Below, piece after piece: positions 58,373 through 64,000 of a stretch of 64,000 nucleotides of DNA. Source of the stretch: Clostridia bacterium. Its GTDB lineage: Bacteria > Bacillota > Clostridia > Oscillospirales > Acutalibacteraceae. The DNA is taken from NCBI GenBank assembly GCA_024404325.1, contig JAKSQC010000001.1, positions 13,340 through 77,339 on the forward strand, given 5' to 3'. Every line of letters starts with the position of its first letter. Positions within the stretch are counted from its first letter, which is position 1. The notes under the pieces were generated by a model. That model ran no database searches and was not told the DNA's origin. It saw nothing but the letters and a program-made list of their open reading frames with translations. The position numbers and the translations under genes are program-made.

Positions 58373-59408
58373 CCTTAACGATTATATAAATTAGCTTTAC
58401 CGTTAACTGCTCTAAAACCGTTCTCGGCTCCAAACCGAAACTTTTAAGTTTTTTATCTGCACTCATAAGTGCCTCGAAACTTAAAAGCAATTTTTCTCTG
58501 TTCATTTTTTTAAGGTCAATTTTTGCCCTATCGAGTACAAATGCTTTATTTTTGTACCCGAAGTCAGACGATACGTCCAATATTTTTTTGCCTGCATTAA
58601 GAGCAGTAAAAACTCTGTACATATCAACGTATGTTGCCGACGCTGTATAAAGAATTATCATCGGTTCAATGTGCATAAAAAACATATTGTCAAGTTGTTT
58701 TAACGCACCCGACACATCTAAGGCAAATATTTGCTTAACGTAATCGTAAACGGAAGACTCAACAGATTTTATACAAACAAGGTCTACCGTTTCCTTTGTT
58801 ATCTCACTGCCGTTTGCATAACTGCACAGTTTATCAAGTTCATTTTTAAGGGTGCTGATATCCTCTCCGCAGGTTTCAATTAAATGTTTAGCGACGTTAT
58901 CGGACATTATGCATTTGCGTTTCTTTGCACCGTCTGTAAGCATTTTTACAAGCACTGCACCTTTACGGTGGTCAAGTTTTACCGCTCTGCCACCGCCTTT
59001 TTCGACTGATGATATAAGTTTTTTAGCCTTTGCGTTTCTTTTATCGTCAAACTCTATACTGTCAAACCTGACAATAAATACGCATCCATCTGTAGTGTCA
59101 CAAAGCAAATTACAAAGTTTATCAAAATCGGACTTTGACGAATGCTCAAAATCGTAATCGGTAAGTGTTACGCATTTGCTGTCAGCCATCATCGGATACT
59201 GTTTTACAGCATCATATACCTCTTGCAGGTCTGCGTTACCGTCAAATTTTTGCAGGTTGAAAAACGGGTCGCCCCCGTATGCTTTATCACTTATCTTATC
59301 GGCATAATACTTTTTTAAGTATGTATCATCACCGAAAATCAAATATGCTCCGCAAAGTCTGTCAGAAGAAATTTCTTTTGCGAGTGCATCTTCATAAATC
59401 AAAGCCAT
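58356..59408 (-). CDS. holA: DNA polymerase III delta subunit
   Basis: A 350-aa protein with N-terminal YLIFGDDTYL and a clamp-loader delta fold pattern. It sits in the conserved position after comEC. Confidence 0.8.
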   Translation of the reverse strand: MALIYEDALAKEISSDRLCGAYLIFGDDTYLKKYYADKISDKAYGGDPFFNLQKFDGNADLQEVYDAVKQYPMMADSKCVTLTDYDFEHSSKSDFDKLCNLLCDTTDGCVFIVRFDSIEFDDKRNAKAKKLISSVEKGGGRAVKLDHRKGAVLVKMLTDGAKKRKCIMSDNVAKHLIETCGEDISTLKNELDKLCSYANGSEITKETVDLVCIKSVESSVYDYVKQIFALDVSGALKQLDNMFFMHIEPMIILYTASATYVDMYRVFTALNAGKKILDVSSDFGYKNKAFVLDRAKIDLKKMNREKLLLSFEALMSADKKLKSFGLEPRTVLEQLTVKLIYIIVKGEAVD

Positions 59409-59423
59409 TTTCTACCTCCGATT

Positions 59424-60908
59424 TTAAATCTGATTTAATTTTAACAGATGTCTTCGCATTTTACAAGCATACATTATAAGAAGTACCGCAATTATAAACA
59501 TAACAGACAAAACTGTCAGTATATCAATCAGTGCCTCATTAGATATGCCGACAGATGCAAAGGGCAGTTTTGAAAGTTTTAAAATTACGTTGTTTATATA
59601 TTTGGCAAAAAGTCCCGCTGTTATAAAAAACGGCTCGGAAATAAAACGAATAACGGGTAAAAGATTTAAAGATAACGCACACACAATAAATAGCAATGCT
59701 CCTGTAACCGCATAAGAAATAAGAATGTTAGTAATAGACGAAATAAGCGAAACACTTCCGAAATTATAAATAAGTATCGGCATAGACATAAATGTTGCAG
59801 AAAGCGTAACAACCGTTATCTCTGTAATTACATTTAAAATAAAACTTTTAGGTATATATTTTTTGATTTCACCGATAAAAAACGGTGCTATATAAACTAC
59901 GCCGAACGTACATAAAACCGACAACTGAAACGCCACGTTAAAAACAACAAACGGAGAGCTGATGATTATAAGAGTAACCGCAGTACAAAGATTGCTTAAA
60001 GTATCACTGTCCCTTTCAAAAAGCGGTGCAAAGGACGCTATTATATACATAATGCCTGCCCTGATAATCGACGTTGTAAAACCGCATACCGCAATAATCG
60101 CGAAAACCGTTGTAATTGATAACGTAAATCTCAAATACTTATTGTAAAACAGTCTATCCAAAACGGTATAAAACCCACTCATAATAATAGACAGATGAAG
60201 TCCCGATACTACCATAACGTGGCTTACTCCCGTTGTTTTAACCGCCCCGTAAAATTCATCACTTAAATAGGTTTTGTTTCCTGTTGTTATGGCATTAAGC
60301 GTTGCCGCCTCAAAATAGGGTAACTTTAAAAATAATGTTTTTGTTATGTAATTTCTTATTTTATTAAGAGAATAGAAAAAGTTATTTTTTCCCTTAATTC
60401 CTATAAACCTTTCCAAACTGCAATCACTGTAAATCCCATCGGAAAACCGCCACGTTTTATACTTTGAGCCGTCAAGACTCTTAAGCATAACATCTGCATC
60501 AAATATATCCCCTGCTGAAATATCAAGGTTTTTATCCTGATAAAAAATCTCAAATTTACTGCCGTTACCTATTACCGAATTTCCGTTTGTGATTACATTT
60601 ACCGTACTGTAATTGTCAAAATGCTCACAGTTTTCTGTTGCGGTAAACCGCAAGGTCATTATACCGCCCGAAAAATCATCAACCGTTTTTACATTTTTAC
60701 ATACGGTTGACAGGGACAGTACCGTAACACCTACAAAAAACATTACTGTTATAATACAACTGTTATGCGTTTTAATACTTAAAACCAACAGTATTAAAAT
60801 AAGCACCGCACCTAACGGCAATAAAGCACCGTTAAAGTAATAAACGGTAAAGGTGAGCATACTGCAAAGTATTGCAGAAAGTACCGTCATTCTTTTTAAA
60901 GCAATCAA
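59424..60908 (-). CDS. comEC: ComEC/Rec2-family competence channel protein (no metallo-beta-lactamase domain)
   Basis: Polytopic, with an N-terminal OB-like insert after TM2/3 and a competence-domain block TGVSHVMVVSGLHL. It is 494 aa and so lacks the C-terminal MBL module. Confidence 0.75.
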   Translation of the reverse strand: MIALKRMTVLSAILCSMLTFTVYYFNGALLPLGAVLILILLVLSIKTHNSCIITVMFFVGVTVLSLSTVCKNVKTVDDFSGGIMTLRFTATENCEHFDNYSTVNVITNGNSVIGNGSKFEIFYQDKNLDISAGDIFDADVMLKSLDGSKYKTWRFSDGIYSDCSLERFIGIKGKNNFFYSLNKIRNYITKTLFLKLPYFEAATLNAITTGNKTYLSDEFYGAVKTTGVSHVMVVSGLHLSIIMSGFYTVLDRLFYNKYLRFTLSITTVFAIIAVCGFTTSIIRAGIMYIIASFAPLFERDSDTLSNLCTAVTLIIISSPFVVFNVAFQLSVLCTFGVVYIAPFFIGEIKKYIPKSFILNVITEITVVTLSATFMSMPILIYNFGSVSLISSITNILISYAVTGALLFIVCALSLNLLPVIRFISEPFFITAGLFAKYINNVILKLSKLPFASVGISNEALIDILTVLSVMFIIAVLLIMYACKMRRHLLKLNQI

Positions 60909-60924
60909 AATATATTTCCTTTTC

Positions 60925-61167
60925 CTAACGTATTTCCTGCTCTAAATTATCAAACTCAGGAGTAGAGAAAAACTGACCTAAGGTTATTTCAAGACCGTCA
61001 CAAAACTTTTTTATGGTTGTTATTGATACGTCGCGTCTGTTTCCGCTTAGCATACTGTATGCCGTTGAAGGCGTAACCCCCGATATGTTTGCGAGTGTGT
61101 TTATCCTGATATCCCTTTCCCTGCACAGTTCCTCAAACCTTAATACAACAATATCTTTAACGCTCAT
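60925..61167 (-). CDS. Small XRE-family HTH protein
   Basis: 80 aa from ATG 61167 (SD GAGGTGG, 5 nt upstream). Has an HTH, LANISGVTPSTAYSMLSG. Confidence 0.7.
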   Translation of the reverse strand: MSVKDIVVLRFEELCRERDIRINTLANISGVTPSTAYSMLSGNRRDVSITTIKKFCDGLEITLGQFFSTPEFDNLEQEIR

Positions 61168-61268
61168 TAGTACCACCTCAAAAACATTGTAAAAATAATT
61201 TCGCAGTATCGTATACGCAGTTGCGTAATACACTTCTTTTCTTTCTACAAATTTCGACAGGTCTTACC

Positions 61269-61430
61269 TATACCTCAGCATTTAAACCCGAATCAGCCTA
61301 AAAGGGCGGTTTTTAGGCGTCTTTCGGCTCATTGTCGCTCATAGGCTGACGGATTTACGAGTATTTTAACGAAGCCACAGCGGAAAATTCTTGTTCCAAA
61401 ATCTGGTTCGGGGTTAAATGCTGAGGTATA
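61269..61430. other. 162-nt element closed by a 28-bp imperfect inverted repeat (structured RNA or MITE-like element)
   Basis: The arms at 61269-61296 and 61403-61430 match at 26/28 positions. There is an internal 8-bp hairpin GCCTAAAA-N7-TTTTAGGC. The element lies between the mntP terminator and the XRE gene. Confidence 0.6.
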
Positions 61431-61431
61431 T

Positions 61432-61465
61432 AAAAAATCAGGCAACATACGTTTTATATGTCGCC
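61432..61465 (-). terminator. Intrinsic terminator of mntP
   Basis: On the minus strand: GGCGACATA-loop-TATGTTGCC (one mismatch) followed by TGATTTTTTA. Confidence 0.6.
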
Positions 61466-61485
61466 CAATCAGTTAAAAAATAAAA

Positions 61486-62055
61486 TTAAAAATTCAAAAC
61501 GCCAAGATGTTCGAGAAGTATTTTAAGCCCTATAAGTATCAGTATAATACCGCCTGCAAGCTCAGCTTTATTTTTATACACCGCACCGAATTTGTGTCCT
61601 AAAAATACTCCTATAGCTGATAACAAAAACGTTATTGTACCTATTACGGTTACGGCAAGTACAATCTGCACCCTTAAAAATGCAAAAGTTATCCCGACAG
61701 CTAAAGCATCAATACTTGTGGCAACCGCCAAAACAAACAGTTCCTTAATATCAAATTTACCGCTTGCCTCACTGTCAGTATCTGTTTTAAATGACTCTAT
61801 TGCCATTTTTCCGCCTATAAACAAAAGTAAGCCGAAAGCTATAAAATGATCAACCGAAGTTATGTACTTCTCAAACCTTTGACCTAAAACCCAACCTATA
61901 AACGGCATAAGTGCCTGAAATCCGCCGAAAAACAGTGCTATTATTAAAGTTTGAGAGTAACTGAGTTTAGGCGTTTTAAGTCCTTTACATATAGACACCG
62001 CAAAAGCGTCCATAGCAAGACCTATACCTATTAAGGTCAATTCCAAAAATCCCAT
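61486..62055 (-). CDS. mntP: Manganese efflux pump MntP
   Basis: 189 aa and 6 TM helices, with a duplicated motif (GLAMDAFAVS / ATSIDALAVG). Confidence 0.8.
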   Translation of the reverse strand: MGFLELTLIGIGLAMDAFAVSICKGLKTPKLSYSQTLIIALFFGGFQALMPFIGWVLGQRFEKYITSVDHFIAFGLLLFIGGKMAIESFKTDTDSEASGKFDIKELFVLAVATSIDALAVGITFAFLRVQIVLAVTVIGTITFLLSAIGVFLGHKFGAVYKNKAELAGGIILILIGLKILLEHLGVLNF

Positions 62056-62077
62056 ATAAAAACTCCGTTAAAAATAA

Positions 62078-62959
62078 TTATTTATCGCTGTTCCATTTTT
62101 TAATGTCTTTAAGTTCACAGAACATCTGCTTATAACTGTTATGCCGTGATTTTTCAAGTTTTCCGTCCTCGACCGCTTTCAAAACTCTGCAACCTTTTTC
62201 ACAGGTATGCGTACATGTGGTAAATTTACAACTATCAGTAAATTTGCTTATATCGGGAAAACTTTCGGCGAGATGAAGTTTAAATTCATAGTTTTTATCT
62301 GCCGTCTCTATTGATGAAAAACCGGGTGTGTCCGCAACGTAACCGCCGTATTCTGTCTTAAATAGCTGTGTATGGCGTGTGGTGTGTCTGCCCCTGCCGA
62401 GTTTATCGCTTACTTCACCTGTTTTAAGCGATAACTCACCGAATACCGCATTTAGAATACTTGACTTGCCTACACCTGAATTGCCCACAAACGCACTGAT
62501 ACAGTTTTGTACTTCCGATTTTATATCTTTAATACCCTCATTTGTAAGTGCCGATACAATATATGTTTTAAACCCTGAATTATTATAAATTTTTTTATAA
62601 TTTTCAAAATCACCCATATCGCACTTATTAAAAACTATTATCGGCTCTATGTTATTGAATATGCATACAGCAGTAAGTCTGTCTATCATAACGGTATCGG
62701 GCTTAGGTACGGAATATGACGAAACTATAAACAGTTTGTCTATATTGGCAATTATAGGCCTGTTTAGTATATTCTTACGTTCCTTAATACTTTCCACTAC
62801 GCCGTGTTCACCGTCGGTAAGTGTAAAGTCCACCTTATCACCGACAACGGGGGAAATTCCCGTCTTACGGAAATTTCCCCTTGCTTTGCACTCATATACC
62901 TTATCTTCACAATCTACATAGTAAAACGAAGATACTGCCTTTAATATTAAACCATTCAT
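62078..62959 (-). CDS. rsgA: Ribosome small-subunit-dependent GTPase A
   Basis: Has an OB fold, then circularly permuted GTPase motifs (NKCD, GNSGVGKSS), and a C-terminal zinc knuckle CKFTTCTHTCEKGC. Confidence 0.9.
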   Translation of the reverse strand: MNGLILKAVSSFYYVDCEDKVYECKARGNFRKTGISPVVGDKVDFTLTDGEHGVVESIKERKNILNRPIIANIDKLFIVSSYSVPKPDTVMIDRLTAVCIFNNIEPIIVFNKCDMGDFENYKKIYNNSGFKTYIVSALTNEGIKDIKSEVQNCISAFVGNSGVGKSSILNAVFGELSLKTGEVSDKLGRGRHTTRHTQLFKTEYGGYVADTPGFSSIETADKNYEFKLHLAESFPDISKFTDSCKFTTCTHTCEKGCRVLKAVEDGKLEKSRHNSYKQMFCELKDIKKWNSDK

Positions 62960-62961
62960 AA

Positions 62962-64000
62962 TCAGTATGTTTGCGACTTTTCGGTTGAACTGCCGTCGCT
63001 GTACTTCTTATAATCTTCGTATCTCTTTATCGTGTCGTATTTGCCCGTCGAACAGTCTATCTCTATATCGCGGTATTTGATATAATCACCGTCTTTAGCC
63101 TTTAATTTAATTGTAGCCGTCATAGTCTTATCGGTTGATGTAATACCTTTAAATGTATAATTTGAAATGTCCGAAAAGGCTACCGTTTCGCTCTCTTTTA
63201 TTAACTTTCCGTCTTCCCAAAGTGAAACCGTACCCGTGCTTGCCTTAAAATCACTCGGAAGGTCAGCACGCAGGTCAAAATTGTAATTAGTGACACCTGT
63301 ACTTACGTAAATTGTAACGGTCGTACCCTCTGCTACCTGTGAAGACGAATTTGCATCGGGGTTTTGAGAAATAACATAACCCGCATCATAATATTTATCT
63401 TTTGAAGTAAGATCACGCTTTTCGATGGCAGGTACTAATCCCAATTTCTTTATATCGGAAACCGCCTTTTCCTGTTTAAGACCTATAACATTCGGTACGT
63501 CTACCATTTTAGTTGCCTTTCCCGTGCTTACAAACACAGTAATTTTAGTACCCTCAGCAACAACGGTGGTTCTTGCAGGCTCGGTCTTTACTACAAGACC
63601 CGACTCAATATCGTCATCGGCAACCTCGTTAATTTCTGTAACAAAGCCCTTAGACTTAAGCTCCGATACCGCGTATGATTCGGTTTTGCCGTAAACGTCG
63701 GGAACTTTTATAGTAGACTGCCCCTTGCTTACATAAAGGGTGATTTCCGCACCTTTTTTAAGTTTTTTACCGTCTGACGGGTCCTGTTTAAATATATAAC
63801 CGTATTTATATTCCGAGTCATAGTCCCATTCTTCCGTAAACTTAAATTTGTCTTTATATTCTTCGTTATTCTTAACTTCTTCAAGTGTAAGTCCTACAAA
63901 TTTCGGACATGCTATTTCATCACCCGTGCTTGTAAACAGACGCGGAATAAATATAATTCCCAACACAATAATAGCAATAATAAGCGTTGCGGCAATACCT
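62962..64000 (-). CDS. prkC: PASTA-domain Ser/Thr kinase, C-terminal part (gene continues beyond the window)
   Basis: The frame stays open to the window edge. It contains a TM helix, three PASTA repeats (VPDVYGK..., VPNVIGL...) and a terminal beta-rich domain. It sits in the conserved prkC-rsgA order. Confidence 0.8.
   Translation of the reverse strand, partial: GIAATLIIAIIVLGIIFIPRLFTSTGDEIACPKFVGLTLEEVKNNEEYKDKFKFTEEWDYDSEYKYGYIFKQDPSDGKKLKKGAEITLYVSKGQSTIKVPDVYGKTESYAVSELKSKGFVTEINEVADDDIESGLVVKTEPARTTVVAEGTKITVFVSTGKATKMVDVPNVIGLKQEKAVSDIKKLGLVPAIEKRDLTSKDKYYDAGYVISQNPDANSSSQVAEGTTVTIYVSTGVTNYNFDLRADLPSDFKASTGTVSLWEDGKLIKESETVAFSDISNYTFKGITSTDKTMTATIKLKAKDGDYIKYRDIEIDCSTGKYDTIKRYEDYKKYSDGSSTEKSQTY

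Noticed and set aside
62056-62077. Expected yybP-ykoY (Mn2+) riboswitch upstream of mntP
   Set aside because: Only 22 nt separate the mntP start from the rsgA stop. This is far too short for the riboswitch, so mntP appears to be co-transcribed with rsgA. The structured element at 61269-61430 is downstream of mntP, not upstream.

Overview
This is a chromosomal segment from a low-GC, spore-forming Firmicute. It looks Clostridia-like, and an Oscillospiraceae/Ruminococcus-like gut or rumen anaerobe is only my guess from gene content. The window is densely coding, and many real starts are TTG or GTG. No rRNA, CRISPR array, IS element or prophage was seen. From left to right (strand in brackets) it contains:
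- a complete F-type ATP synthase operon, atpI-B-E-F-H-A-G-D-C (-);
- two paralogous class A penicillin-binding proteins flanking a fused MacB/FtsX-type ABC transporter;
- a membrane pyrophosphatase;
- a complete histidine operon (-) with a fused hisZ-hisG gene and a YerC/TrpR-like regulator gene at its head;
- argF with a consensus promoter and an ARG box;
- a 14.7-kb plus-strand block controlled by three T-box leaders;
- the hrcA-grpE-dnaK-dnaJ operon with a CIRCE operator;
- putP, an orphan Sfp-type PPTase and a CapD-like dehydratase;
- a germinant-receptor and cortex-lysis cluster;
- tRNA-Ser(GGA);
- an XRE-comEC-holA-Toprim-WYL gene string;
- mntP, rsgA and the 3' end of a PASTA kinase gene.

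The main discovery candidate is the T-box block. I read the three specifier codons as AUC (Ile), GUA (Val) and CUC (Leu). They gate three carboxylate-activating (AMP-forming) ligases of unusual domain architecture, a four-subunit 2-oxoacid:ferredoxin oxidoreductase, an uncharacterised P-loop NTPase, ilvE, a catalytically dead LeuA-like protein and an Amidohydro_2 enzyme. I interpret this as a tRNA-charging-controlled system that makes Ile, Val and Leu by activation, reductive carboxylation and transamination of branched short-chain fatty acids. All calls rest on manual reading of the sequence and ORF track. No database search was run.
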